64,000 nt of DNA from Desulfobacterales bacterium (GTDB lineage Bacteria; Desulfobacterota; Desulfobacteria; Desulfobacterales; UBA2174): contig CAXXWC010000021.1 in assembly GCA_963668645.2 (NCBI GenBank), positions 32,001 through 96,000 on the forward strand, given 5' to 3'. The position numbers and the translations under genes are program-made. This document shows, in pieces, positions 9,970-21,238 of this stretch (the stretch's first letter is position 1; the number at the start of each line of letters is the position of its first letter). The notes beneath the pieces were generated by a model. That model was not told the origin of the DNA. It was given only the letters and a program-made list of their open reading frames with translations, and ran no database searches.

Positions 9970-10839
9970 ATGATCAGAAGTGCGATCTATATCCCGGGCA
10001 ACCGGGAAAAGATGCTCGCCAAGGCCGGCCGGCTCGGTGCGGACGCAGTCATCCTGGACCTGGAAGATGCCGTTCCGTACGCGGAAAAAGACCGTGCCCG
10101 CGCGCTGGTACGCGAAAGCCTGGCGCACATCGACGGTCCCAAGCGGTTTGTGCGCATCAACGCCGAAGGCTCGGGACTGACCGAAAAGGACATCAGGGGC
10201 GTTTTCTGCGACCGGCTCGACGGCATCTATCTTCCCAAGGTGGAGTCGGTGCACCAGGTGCTGCGGATCCATGCCCTGCTCAGCGAGTTGGAAACGGCCA
10301 ACGGGTTCGAGCCCGGCAGGGTCCAGGTCCAGGTGATCTTCGAGTCGGCCCTCGGGATCCTCAACGCCTACACAATCCTCGCCGCCAGTCCCCAACGGGT
10401 CCGCCGGGCCGGCTGGGGGGCCGCCGACCTGAAACGGGACATCGGCCTCTGGAGCGGTACCACCCTGTGGGACGAAGAGGGCCGGGACCGCATCTTTCCC
10501 CAGTCACAGCTGGTGATGGCAAGCCGGGCCGCCGGCCGGCAGCCCCCCCAGGACAGTGTTTTCGGGCGGGTGAAGGATCTTGACGGCCTGCGCAAGGAGG
10601 CGCTGCATGCCCGGCGGCTCGGCTTCGGCGGCAAAAGCGCCATCCATCCCGACCAGGTAGCGGTGATCAACGAGGTCTTCTCCCCCACTGCCGAGGAGCT
10701 CACCTACGCGCACAAGGTGGTCGACGCTTTTGAAAAGGCCAAGCAGGAGGGTTCCGGCACGCTTATGGTCGGCAACGAGTTCGTCGATGTGGCCGTGGTC
10801 GACAACGCACTCAGGCTCCTGGAACGCCATGGTGAATAG
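9970..10839 (+). CDS. CitE-like (citryl/citramalyl/malyl)-CoA lyase, HpcH/HpaI family
   Basis: RSAIYIPG, DAVILDLEDAV, GFGGKSAIHPDQV motifs. Confidence 0.9.
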   Translation: MIRSAIYIPGNREKMLAKAGRLGADAVILDLEDAVPYAEKDRARALVRESLAHIDGPKRFVRINAEGSGLTEKDIRGVFCDRLDGIYLPKVESVHQVLRIHALLSELETANGFEPGRVQVQVIFESALGILNAYTILAASPQRVRRAGWGAADLKRDIGLWSGTTLWDEEGRDRIFPQSQLVMASRAAGRQPPQDSVFGRVKDLDGLRKEALHARRLGFGGKSAIHPDQVAVINEVFSPTAEELTYAHKVVDAFEKAKQEGSGTLMVGNEFVDVAVVDNALRLLERHGE

Positions 10840-10880
10840 CCGCGGGCCGGCTTTCAAACGATGATGATCGGTGGCTGCTC

Positions 10881-10917
10881 AAGCCCGCCTTCCGCAACGG
10901 AAGGCGGGCTTTTTTTT
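10881..10917 (+). terminator. Rho-independent terminator
   Basis: AAGCCCGCCTTCCG-caa-CGGAAGGCGGGCTT followed by a T run. Confidence 0.9.
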
Positions 10918-11077
10918 CAGCGGAAAACCCCGGCGGCATCTGCCGCTTGCTGACTCTTCCCTGCCGGCCCATGGCCGGAATACGATCCAGATTTAGGATT
11001 CTCTTTAACGTTTGACGCCGTTCCGAACCCTTGCTATTGTCGCAGACAAATTAAGCGATTCCAAAAAGGAGGTCATT

Positions 11078-12613
11078 ATGGAGTTTCTCAACGCACTTGG
11101 CATCACCGAGAAAAACCTGGGGGCTTCGACCGGCAGGCAGTGGTTCGGTGGGGCCGGCGGCGAAGTGATGACGATCCGCTCGCCGGTGGACGGCCGGCCC
11201 ATCGCCGGCGTCTGCCCGGCTGCAGCCGAAGACTACGAACGGGTGGCGGCCGCGGCCCAGGCGGCGTTTCTCCAGTGGCGCCAGGTGCCGGCCCCCAAAC
11301 GCGGCGAGGTGGTCCGCCGCATCGGCGAACGCCTTCGGGCCTTCAAGGAGCCCCTGGGCCAACTGGTCACTTACGAGGTGGGAAAATCATTGCAGGAAGG
11401 TTTGGGCGAAGTCCAGGAGATGATCGACGTCTGCGATTTCGCCCTGGGCCAGTCGCGCCAGCTCTACGGGTTCACCATGGCCTCGGAGCGGCCCCACCAC
11501 CGCCTCTACGACCAGTACCATCCATTGGGGGTGGTGGGGGTGATCTCGGCGTTCAACTTTCCGGTGGCTGTCTGGTCGTGGAACGCCATGATCGCGGCGG
11601 TCTGCGGCGATGCCATTCTCTGGAAGCCGTCTTCCAAGGCCCCCCTTTCGGCCATCGCCGTGATGAACATCCTCAGGCCGGTAATCGAAGAGGCCGATCT
11701 TCCCGAAGGACTCTTTTCCCTGGTGATCGGCAGCGGGGCCACCGTGGGCGAGCGCCTGGTGGCCGACCGGCGCCTGCCGCTGGTCTCGATCACCGGCTCG
11801 ACCGCCGTGGGTCGGGAAGCGGCCGGGAAGGTGGCGGCCCGCTTCGGCCGCACCATCCTGGAACTGGGCGGCAACAACGCCATCATCGTCACGGCCAACG
11901 CCGATCTCAAGCTGGCCGTGGCCGCCACGGTATTCGGCGCGGTGGGCACCGCAGGCCAGCGCTGCACCACCACGCGCCGGCTCATCGTTCACGAGTCGGT
12001 CTACGACCGGGTCCGCGCGGCCCTGGTAACCGCCAACCAGGGGCTGCGCATCGGCACGCCGCTGGATGCGGCCAACCATGTGGGGCCGCTGATCGACACG
12101 GCGGCGGTGGCCGAGTTCCAGCGCGCCCTGGCCCAAGCCGTGGCGCAAGGTGCCACGATCCTTTACGGCGGCAAGGTGCTTGAAGGCGGGCCCTATGCAT
12201 CGGGATGCTACGTGCAGCCGGCCATCGTCGAGGCGACCAACGACCTTGCCGTGGTGCAGGAGGAGACCTTCGCTCCGATTCTCTACCTGATCCGCTACAG
12301 CGGCGGGGTGGAAAACGCCATCGCACTCCAGAACGACGTGGTCCAGGGGCTCTCTTCGGCGATCTTCACCAACGATCTGCACGAGACGGAGATCTTCCTG
12401 TCCTGCCAGGGTTCGGACTGCGGCATCGCCAACGTCAACATCGGCACCTCGGGGGCCGAAATCGGCGGGGCCTTCGGCGGCGAAAAGGAGACCGGCGGGG
12501 GCCGCGAGTCCGGCTCGGACGCCTGGAAGGGCTACATGCGCCGCCAGACTAACACGATCAACTACGGCACCGCCCTGCCCCTGGCCCAGGGGATCCGTTT
12601 CGATATCGGCTGA
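11078..12613 (+). CDS. Aldehyde dehydrogenase family 7 (AmaB/antiquitin-like)
   Basis: SAFNFPVAVW, ILELGGNNA, GTAGQRCTT (catalytic Cys), GAEIGGAFGGEK.TGGGRESGSDAWK; RBS AAGGAGG before ATG 11078. Confidence 0.92.
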   Translation: MEFLNALGITEKNLGASTGRQWFGGAGGEVMTIRSPVDGRPIAGVCPAAAEDYERVAAAAQAAFLQWRQVPAPKRGEVVRRIGERLRAFKEPLGQLVTYEVGKSLQEGLGEVQEMIDVCDFALGQSRQLYGFTMASERPHHRLYDQYHPLGVVGVISAFNFPVAVWSWNAMIAAVCGDAILWKPSSKAPLSAIAVMNILRPVIEEADLPEGLFSLVIGSGATVGERLVADRRLPLVSITGSTAVGREAAGKVAARFGRTILELGGNNAIIVTANADLKLAVAATVFGAVGTAGQRCTTTRRLIVHESVYDRVRAALVTANQGLRIGTPLDAANHVGPLIDTAAVAEFQRALAQAVAQGATILYGGKVLEGGPYASGCYVQPAIVEATNDLAVVQEETFAPILYLIRYSGGVENAIALQNDVVQGLSSAIFTNDLHETEIFLSCQGSDCGIANVNIGTSGAEIGGAFGGEKETGGGRESGSDAWKGYMRRQTNTINYGTALPLAQGIRFDIG

Positions 12614-12664
12614 CAGGCGCAAGGGGCACGGAAGGACAATAAACAAGGATCAGGCAGGCAAGAC

Positions 12665-12714
12665 GCGGCCGGCTTCGAAAAGTGCAGCATGCCGGCACAT
12701 TTCGAAGCGGCCGC
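12665..12714. terminator. Imperfect stem-loop between convergent genes
   Basis: GCGGCCGGCTTCGAAA...TTTCGAAGCGGCCGC inverted repeat. Confidence 0.45.
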
Positions 12715-12749
12715 AACAGCCGCATGGCGGCCTGAGTGGCAGTCTGACC

Positions 12750-13751
12750 TCAGCCCCGGATGCGCTCTTTCAAGGCCCGGATCAGGGCGATGGCAAACTG
12801 GTTGGCGTCTGCCACCACGGCCACGTCGGCCAGGCGCATCATGGTGGCGTTTTCGTTCTTGTTGACGGCGATGGTAAAGTCGGCGTCGCCGATGGCGGCC
12901 GTATGCTGGATCGCGCCGCTGATGCCGCAGGAGATCAGCACCTGGGGCCGTACCTGGCGCCCGGCCTGGCCCACCAGGGCATCCTGTTCGGCCCAGCCGG
13001 CGTAGACCACCGGACGCGTGGCCCCCACCTCCCCTTCCATCAGCCGGGCCAGTTCGAAAAGCTTCTTGAACTTTGCCCGGCTGCCCATCCCCCGTCCGCC
13101 GCAGACCACCACCCGGGCGTCTTCGAGGCGCTGCTCGCGAGGCGGCTGTTTTTGCACGTCGATCAGACGGACCCTTTCTGCGGGAAGATCGGCCGGCACA
13201 TCGATCTCCACCACCTCGGCCCGGGCGGCCCCGTCGTGGACCAGCTCCTTGAAGATCCCCGGCCGTACCGTGGCCATCTGGGGCCGGCTCTCAGGGGTCA
13301 CGATCTTGGCGATCAGGTTGCCGCCGAAGCTCGGGGCCGTCTGCACCAGCCGTCCCGCGTCATCGATGTCCAGCCCGATGCAGTCGGCCGTCAGGCCCGT
13401 TTCGAGCCGCCGGGCCACCCGCGGGGCGAACTCGCGGCCGAAATCGGTGGCCCCCACGAGGATGGTCTCGGGCTGATGGCGCCGGGCCAGGTCCACCATC
13501 AGGGCCGTGTAGGCCCCGATCCGGTAGCTGGCCAGGGATGGGTGGCGACAGACGTAGATCCGCTGGGCCCCGTGGGCCATGTACTCGCCGACCCATTCGT
13601 CCACATCATGGCCGAAAACCACGGCGCAGACCCGGCCCCCGGTGCGTTCAGCCAGCTGGCGGGCCCGGGCGAGCAACTGCAGGGTGACGCGGTTTTGAAA
13701 GTAGTTGCGCCAGTCGCCGAAGACCCAGATATCCTTGGATGTTGCGCTCAT
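12750..13751 (-). CDS. etfA: Electron transfer flavoprotein alpha subunit
   Basis: GLTADC, RPQMATVRPG, GGRGMG, VGATRP, GISGAIQH motifs. Confidence 0.93.
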   Translation of the reverse strand: MSATSKDIWVFGDWRNYFQNRVTLQLLARARQLAERTGGRVCAVVFGHDVDEWVGEYMAHGAQRIYVCRHPSLASYRIGAYTALMVDLARRHQPETILVGATDFGREFAPRVARRLETGLTADCIGLDIDDAGRLVQTAPSFGGNLIAKIVTPESRPQMATVRPGIFKELVHDGAARAEVVEIDVPADLPAERVRLIDVQKQPPREQRLEDARVVVCGGRGMGSRAKFKKLFELARLMEGEVGATRPVVYAGWAEQDALVGQAGRQVRPQVLISCGISGAIQHTAAIGDADFTIAVNKNENATMMRLADVAVVADANQFAIALIRALKERIRG

Positions 13752-14584
13752 GAATCCTCGTTATGGTCGTGGGTTTTCAGATCCTTGCCGATGGCCCCGA
13801 TGATCCGGTCGCCGAAGCGTTCGAGCAGTTCCTCGACGATCCGCTTGGGCGCGCCCTTGAGCACGAGGTTCTGCTTGCCGCTGACCGGCGAATAGACGTC
13901 AAGGATCCGCGTGGGCGAGGCCCGCAGGCCGATCCGGTCGGCCCCCAGGCCGAGGCTGCCGGCATCGCACACCCTGATGTCGGTCCGGTCGAAGGCCGCC
14001 GTCAGGCCGGCAAGCTCCACGTGGCGCGGTTCATAGGCCCGGGTCGAGACGGTCACCAGACCGGGAAGATCCATCTCCAGGGTTTCCAGAAAATCGTCGG
14101 CCAGCCGCTGCATCCGCAGCACCCCGCCGGCATAGGTCAGATTTTCGGCTCCGGCCACGCCGGGGATGTCGAGGGTTTCGGCCAACTGGGGACCCACCTG
14201 GGCCGTCTCGCTGTCGGCCGAACGGCAGCCGCAGAGGATCAGGTCGAAACCGGACGCCTCCTTCTCGATGGCTCGGGCCAGGGTTCGGGCCGTGATCAGG
14301 GTGTCTGCTCCGGCCATGCGCCGGTCGGTGAGCAGTACGGCGCGGTCCGCGCCCAGAGCCAGGGCTTCGCGCAAGACCTCTTCGGCCATGGGCGGGCCCA
14401 TGGTCACGGCGGTGATCGTGGCGCCGTGGGCCTGCTTGAGGCAGAGGGCGGCCTCCATGGCGTGCATCCCGGCCGGGTCCATCATCCCCTCGGCCAGTTC
14501 GCGGCGCAGGGTGCCGGTGGTGCTGTCCCAGGGCAGTTCGGATACCATGGGGACCTGTTTGAGACAGACAACGAGATTGAGCAT
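13748..14584 (-). CDS. etfB: Electron transfer flavoprotein beta subunit
   Basis: VVCLKQVP, TMGPP, GADTL.T, ETAQVGPQLA motifs. Confidence 0.93.
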   Translation of the reverse strand: MLNLVVCLKQVPMVSELPWDSTTGTLRRELAEGMMDPAGMHAMEAALCLKQAHGATITAVTMGPPMAEEVLREALALGADRAVLLTDRRMAGADTLITARTLARAIEKEASGFDLILCGCRSADSETAQVGPQLAETLDIPGVAGAENLTYAGGVLRMQRLADDFLETLEMDLPGLVTVSTRAYEPRHVELAGLTAAFDRTDIRVCDAGSLGLGADRIGLRASPTRILDVYSPVSGKQNLVLKGAPKRIVEELLERFGDRIIGAIGKDLKTHDHNEDS

Positions 14585-14630
14585 TGAAGATTCGCCTTGT
14601 GCGACGGCCGGGGGCCGGTGCCGCGATTTT

Positions 14631-15776
<1,146 letters not shown>

Positions 15777-16125
15777 TATCTTTTCGCGCTTCATAAATCG
15801 GTGTTGTTGAAATCCTTGCCCTGTAACTGACCGGGAAAAGATCCCGCGTGGCTGCCCGCCGGTCAAGGGATCGCGGGCTTCGAATAGCCCAGGTAGCCAG
15901 AAAATGCAAGATGAACGTATTGACGGCTATCCGCCGGGACTTGTAGGCGTCGCAGTACAATTCTTGATAGATAATCAGAAGGAAGGCGTGTTGCAGGAGA
16001 CCGCAGGGATGTGGAAAGATCGAACAGACTTTCCCTCAAGGCCCTTTGGTCGCAATGGGACAGGCATTGATTATGTAGGATTGGCGGTCTCCATGGTTTT
16101 TGATCTCTGGATTTGAAAAGCCTCC

Positions 16126-16797
16126 TCAATCATGGTGTGGAAACGTTCGACACACTATGCCAATAAGCAGACCGAATGGCAAAGCCCATTTATAAAGTAC
16201 CCGTTCGAGCGGTGAAGCAGAAACATAGGCAAGCGTTGAAGCGAACACGATGAATACTCCGATCAGGCAGAAAAAGCCTTGACTCGGTAGGCCGTCTGCT
16301 ATCGTGCGTGTCCATAGTAAAGAGGCCAGCAGAATGCCCAACACCGCCCATCCATACTGGATTTTGACAAGTTTTTCATCCGGCAAAGACTTTAAAATGA
16401 AGTAAAGGCCGGCGACAAGAGCCAAGAACAGAATGCCATGCCAAAAACGCAGGTGTGACGGTGTCTTTGCTCCAACAATAGCCCCTTCGGTAAAACGAAT
16501 AGAGACTACCATAGGTGGATATGCTGCCAAGAATATTCCCTTGAGCATTTCTTGCTTCAACCCAATGAACCCAATAGCAGCAACACAGATGGCCATGACC
16601 GTAGCAATCAATGGATTTTCTGAAAACGCATATTTCATTGCTCCTGCTGTAATAGCAACGACGAGAACCAGAAGCGCACCAAACGCGATGAGGATTGATT
16701 GATCCCGACTTAGCACAATAATTTCCACCTCGTCGATTGGAGGCATGAAACAAACGATGTCCATCGCGAAATCAAGATATGAAAGAAAGTCGGTCAT
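16126..16797 (-). CDS. Hypothetical integral membrane protein
   Basis: 223-aa ORF with about 6-7 hydrophobic segments; no family recognised. Confidence 0.6.
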   Translation of the reverse strand: MTDFLSYLDFAMDIVCFMPPIDEVEIIVLSRDQSILIAFGALLVLVVAITAGAMKYAFSENPLIATVMAICVAAIGFIGLKQEMLKGIFLAAYPPMVVSIRFTEGAIVGAKTPSHLRFWHGILFLALVAGLYFILKSLPDEKLVKIQYGWAVLGILLASLLWTRTIADGLPSQGFFCLIGVFIVFASTLAYVSASPLERVLYKWALPFGLLIGIVCRTFPHHD

Positions 16798-17002
16798 TAA
16801 GTAGGTCTTTCGCGGATAGAAACGCCATAGTGAGTGTGGGTTATCGGGAACGCGGAACTCCGTCAGTTGAAGCTGTTGGCTATCGGCTCCTGCGAAAACA
16901 TCAATTCGTAACGCCAGATCGTTGTTATTCGTTATCCAGCAGGTAAGTACTCAATCAGTGAAGTCCGGAAACTTCCCCGATCATACGGAAGAGAAAACGA
17001 GA

Positions 17003-18037
17003 TTAGTTGCAGGGAATATTCGCTACCTCTCCCCCGGTGTCATCCTTGCATCCCTTGACCTTTAGAATTTCTGACGAAACATACCACTCCATGATCGAGC
17101 AAAGCGCTAGAAGTGCTTCTCTAACTTGCCTGGGCGAAAAATGCTTTGGGTGCGCTCCGTAGGTAGAGAGGCGATTGAGGTTACCCATTGATGTTACAAC
17201 ATACTCGGGAACTACATGTGCATGACCGATTTTGTCCAATATCCTTGCAAGCGGTTCGGTGCCACGTTCACGATTTAGGTTCTCTTTGCAGATTTGGGTG
17301 ACGATGACCTCCAACATTCTTCTGGCAACCAAAAGAGTGGCTACTGCATCGCGTGTCTCCCGTATCCGGATGAGTTCTTGTTCAATCAGGCTGGCTTTTC
17401 CCCGGACGCGTTCGTATAAGCCGGTTAGCTCTGCGAGTTCTGGATGCCACGCCATCTGATCGTCTATCGTCGAGATGGAAAGGGGGAGCTCGATTGCCGG
17501 CTTCATAGTAGCAACCTGGCCCCATTTACCTCTGAATTCATTTATTCTTGCGAGTTGCTTTTTGTCCAGTAAATCCTTCAACGATGGATCATCCTCTTGC
17601 AACAAGACACCCGCCCTCTCATTGTCGGCCATAACTCGGTCCAAATAGTCATCTATACGACGTTTCAGGCTTCTGGTATAAAGCGCCATAGCCAGTCCGA
17701 CCGTATCTATCGTGAACTGAAGGTCCACCATCGTCGTCGTTATGTCCGTCGCAAGGTAGCGATAGTGGGCGGTCGTATGCGTCCTGCCCAATCCTAACGG
17801 CATGCCTACATCAACAATGATATGGATTTCGTCTTTTGGGTCTGGCTTGGCGTCTTCCACGACTTGCATCTTCACGGTAACCCCGAACATTTTACCGTGG
17901 AATTTGCTTTTTGAGACTTTCTGCACCTGAAAAGGAGCATGGTTAACTGCCGTCATGATGTCGGTATTTGAAAGGACAAACCGAACCCATGGCCACGCCA
18001 CTCCAAACATCCTGCCCTTTTCGACTGATATTCTCAT
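17003..18037 (-). CDS. Putative SRPBCC/CoxG-like N-terminal domain fused to a DUF4145/HEPN-like C-terminal domain
   Basis: C-terminal A..L.ARR.LE.IV...L..L...I.........NRLSTYGAH...WY resembles DUF4145; the N-terminal beta-rich helix-grip pattern is a weaker call. Confidence 0.55.
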   Translation of the reverse strand: MRISVEKGRMFGVAWPWVRFVLSNTDIMTAVNHAPFQVQKVSKSKFHGKMFGVTVKMQVVEDAKPDPKDEIHIIVDVGMPLGLGRTHTTAHYRYLATDITTTMVDLQFTIDTVGLAMALYTRSLKRRIDDYLDRVMADNERAGVLLQEDDPSLKDLLDKKQLARINEFRGKWGQVATMKPAIELPLSISTIDDQMAWHPELAELTGLYERVRGKASLIEQELIRIRETRDAVATLLVARRMLEVIVTQICKENLNRERGTEPLARILDKIGHAHVVPEYVVTSMGNLNRLSTYGAHPKHFSPRQVREALLALCSIMEWYVSSEILKVKGCKDDTGGEVANIPCN

Positions 18038-18050
18038 TTAATAATCCTCG

Positions 18051-19238
18051 TTAAGGAAATTGGGGCTTACGGGGAGGCCTAAGATACGGATACGAGCGAC
18101 CTCTCCAGCGGACCTCCAGTCCTAACAGACATCTTATCGCCGCTACCGTAACAGCGGTTGTCATAATTATAAGCCCGATGGGACTCGCAAATCCCCAGCA
18201 AATTGAACGTGAGTGGAGCCACCCGGCGAGTACGAAGGGAAGCGATGACAGGACATAAGTTGAGACAATGAATACTATGAGAGCGATGCCAGGAGCGTTT
18301 CCATCCAAAAGCCCGCCAAAAAAATTGACCAATAGTACAATAGGTCCAATGATAAATGCGGTTGATAGCAAGAGACTGAACCCACTCAGTGCAAACACCA
18401 GAAGTGGAGAATCACCAAGAAAAGAGATGGCTGGGCGGGAGACGGCTGAAACGAAACCTCCGAAGCCCTTGAAAAGACGTACGGAGACGGCCGGACTTAG
18501 ATCAAGAAACTGCGACTGCAGGCCCCTGCCTTTAAGCAATCGTGCGAGGGCGACATCATCCACGATCTGGTCGCGAATCGATGAATGTCCACCGTTCTGT
18601 CGGTATGCTTCCGTTCGAACGAGATTGAAGGCACCCGTTGCTGCTCCGCTCCGCGAGGCAGATAAACCAAGCGCTACGAAGGCCAAAGCCGAAAGCACAG
18701 GTCCTGTTATTGCGCTTGAAATATCCTCCAGATCGAGTCGGAAATTTCCTCCTATGTGGTCAAGTTTATCCTCTTTCATGTGGGTTATAATCTCTTTAAG
18801 AGGCAGGAGATTAAGGTGAACATCAGCATCGCTGAACAGGATGAAATCAGAGGTCACACGCTGGCTTGCCCAATGGATAGCATGTGACTTGCCTATCCAT
18901 CCAGAAGGAAGCTGGGGGGCTTCCAGGATCTGAACGCGGTTATCATTATATACTGTAGACCGAGCAATCTGAAGAGTGTCGTCCTCCGAGCCGTCATCCA
19001 CAAAAATAATCCGCTGGACACCTGGTAGAGCAATAAACTCACGGAGGGTACGCCCTACAGATTGTTCCTCATCCCGGGCAGCAACCACAATTGTCACCGA
19101 AGGCGGCAATTCTCCGGTTTTGTCATCGTACAACCAGCGCTTGAGGTTGAACCTGCGGCGAAAGACAATCAGCATCACTGAAAGTGTGATCCCCGCAACA
19201 GTGTTGATCAACCACGATGAAATCAACAACGGCATCAT
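18051..19238 (-). CDS. Membrane glycosyltransferase family 2 (HpnB/CrtQ-like)
   Basis: VTIVVAARDEE, VDDGSEDDT, LPSGWIGKSHA, FSDAD, VDDVAL, C-terminal TM helices, WRGRSY. Confidence 0.88.
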   Translation of the reverse strand: MMPLLISSWLINTVAGITLSVMLIVFRRRFNLKRWLYDDKTGELPPSVTIVVAARDEEQSVGRTLREFIALPGVQRIIFVDDGSEDDTLQIARSTVYNDNRVQILEAPQLPSGWIGKSHAIHWASQRVTSDFILFSDADVHLNLLPLKEIITHMKEDKLDHIGGNFRLDLEDISSAITGPVLSALAFVALGLSASRSGAATGAFNLVRTEAYRQNGGHSSIRDQIVDDVALARLLKGRGLQSQFLDLSPAVSVRLFKGFGGFVSAVSRPAISFLGDSPLLVFALSGFSLLLSTAFIIGPIVLLVNFFGGLLDGNAPGIALIVFIVSTYVLSSLPFVLAGWLHSRSICWGFASPIGLIIMTTAVTVAAIRCLLGLEVRWRGRSYPYLRPPRKPQFP

Positions 19239-19345
19239 TTATCGACTCCTTTACCAGGCATCTTGCGTTTGATTTTATCATGATAGATCCGCCATCTCAT
19301 GAGAAATCATCACAATACACCAGTCTCAGCTCCGGGCAGTGCTTA

Positions 19346-20935
19346 TCAGTGATGCACTTCCTTGTCTTTGGCTCCACTCCATTCATTCGCATAGCGAATT
19401 CGTTTGTTTATTGAGTTGTTCTTGTTTACGGTTCCTGAAGTTCTCACGCACAAGACCAAAATCCCACCGAAAGCCATCAACCCAACGAAAGCGGCAATAC
19501 GCCAAGTCCATGATACGTCAAGGTTTTCCCATGGTACACTCATAAAACCGAACATAAGCGCAGGCAAACCGATCATAAAAGTCAGCAGGTCAATCCTGCG
19601 CTGCATCCTCTCTGATCGTTCTAGATTGATCCTTTCGTACATTCGCTTAACTTCTCCGCTTAATTCTTCATGAAGTTGGGAAATCTGGAAGACTTCTTGG
19701 CATTTACGGTAGCATCGGTGGTGGTGCTCTCTTTGCATAACCTGTGCAAAATAGACTCTGGCTTCAAACTCCAGAATGTGCTCGTAGATACGTTCAAACG
19801 TCAGTTCTCGATGCGCTACATTCTGGGTGAGCCACTTTTCTGCTACCTGTTGCTGCAAACTCATCAGCGAGAACCTTTGATTAGCTGAAATTAGGAACAA
19901 CAGGAAGTATTGTTTTCGCACATGATCTGGCATAGTTTTTACAAAAAACTCCTCTTTCGGGGGGTTCATCGCCAAATATCCACCACCATCTAAACTGAAA
20001 AAAAACCATTGATCCATCGCATAGGAAAGAACGCTGGCGTGATCCAAGCGGATATCATCGTCACTCGGATGAAGCATCTGATTTGAGTGAAAAATTGTCC
20101 GTATAAGGTATAATAGTTCTGCTTTATGTTTTGGCTCTGTTGGTGCATCCTCTACAAGTAAACAAACATACGGAATTGCCTGACCTGGAATGAATACATC
20201 TTGCCACCATCGTTGTGTTACGTATTTTCCTGAAACCGCAGAACGAAGAACGTAATCTAAAACGCAAATGGAATGCAAACAGACTTTATCGGTGTCCTCA
20301 ATTTTGTCGATTACAGGAGGGTAGAAATCCTCCCAGATATTGGGACCGAGGCGACGTCTTGCGTGTAATGAAGTTGCCCGATTGCCCCCAAAGAAACGAA
20401 AATAATAAATAAAATCTATCCACGAAGCCAAGTCATGAGAACATGGACATGCCTCAATAGTGAAAAAGCCGGTTCCAAGCCTGAATATCGTCAGTTCGAT
20501 AGACACCCAACGAAATCGAATCGTTCTGTTTTTGGACAATTCGATTCTCCATTCGGCTTTGGCGCCCAGCCCCCAGTTAACGGAGTCGAGCGCATCTCGC
20601 TGCATCGACCAAAGATGAGCAGTCGAGTGTCCCGCATCTTTCACGCAAGAAACATCTCCTCCTCCCTCGTTCAGATAGCGTGCGACATGAGGGAGCAAAT
20701 CGTCTTCGGCAAAGCAGGAAGACTTCCAAATAGGCCGGCATTCCGTATCATTCCTCCACGATGCCTCTGAAATCGATTGTGTTAACGAAGAAAAAGCATC
20801 TGAGTCAAATAGGAATGGGTATACGAAGCGAACAAATGACTCTTTACGTACACTACCAATTTTATTGGGCAGCGTAGCAATCCGGGCTCCCTGAGCTGCA
20901 TCTGTCCTTATCCCATCTTGCTCACAATAAATCAT
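19346..20935 (-). CDS. Divergent CorA-like membrane channel with large N-terminal soluble domain (CRISPR-CorA-like)
   Basis: F.YPF near the N-terminus, ELTIFRLGTGFF, Y..LFL....QR..L, YFAQV.....H..Y......I.QL.EEL..EV coiled coil, two C-terminal TM helices with GFMS in place of GMN; RBS AGAGGAAGG before ATG 20935. Confidence 0.7.
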   Translation of the reverse strand: MIYCEQDGIRTDAAQGARIATLPNKIGSVRKESFVRFVYPFLFDSDAFSSLTQSISEASWRNDTECRPIWKSSCFAEDDLLPHVARYLNEGGGDVSCVKDAGHSTAHLWSMQRDALDSVNWGLGAKAEWRIELSKNRTIRFRWVSIELTIFRLGTGFFTIEACPCSHDLASWIDFIYYFRFFGGNRATSLHARRRLGPNIWEDFYPPVIDKIEDTDKVCLHSICVLDYVLRSAVSGKYVTQRWWQDVFIPGQAIPYVCLLVEDAPTEPKHKAELLYLIRTIFHSNQMLHPSDDDIRLDHASVLSYAMDQWFFFSLDGGGYLAMNPPKEEFFVKTMPDHVRKQYFLLFLISANQRFSLMSLQQQVAEKWLTQNVAHRELTFERIYEHILEFEARVYFAQVMQREHHHRCYRKCQEVFQISQLHEELSGEVKRMYERINLERSERMQRRIDLLTFMIGLPALMFGFMSVPWENLDVSWTWRIAAFVGLMAFGGILVLCVRTSGTVNKNNSINKRIRYANEWSGAKDKEVHH

Positions 20936-20956
20936 CTGCGCAACCTTCCTCTTTTG

Positions 20957-21084
20957 GCATAAGGATTGAGGGATGGTGTGAAAACGAATGTAAGCCAAAA
21001 TATTTCTTAATTCTGAGCGATAACTTACTGCTAAGCCTGCAAAATTTCTTAATTCATTTCCATTAAAAATATCAAATGTTATGC
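20957..21084 (-). repeat. Possible decayed attC site between the PRTase and CorA-like genes
   Basis: Minus strand GCATAAC (21084-21078) ... CTTATGC (20963-20957, one change from GTTATGC) just upstream of the CorA RBS; internal arms pair only weakly. Confidence 0.3.
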
Positions 21085-21238
21085 ATTGATTCAAGCGAAT
21101 TGTAAAGATTTAAAAACAATAATTGTCTCCTAAAAACTAATATATTATTAGTGGTAGCGAGATATAATTTATAGCCTGCCTTTTCTGCAATTACACCATC
21201 AAAATAAAAGACAATATGCGATACTTTTTGAGGCTAAA

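Noticed and set aside
15870..19345. attC sites between the membrane protein, SRPBCC-HEPN, GT2 and CorA-like genes
   Set aside because: No convincing RYYYAAC...GTTRRRY hairpins found in the gaps 15870-16125, 16798-17002 or 19239-19345
20936..21094. TTG-started N-terminal extension of the CorA-like ORF
   Set aside because: AT-rich intergenic-like sequence; a good RBS precedes ATG 20935
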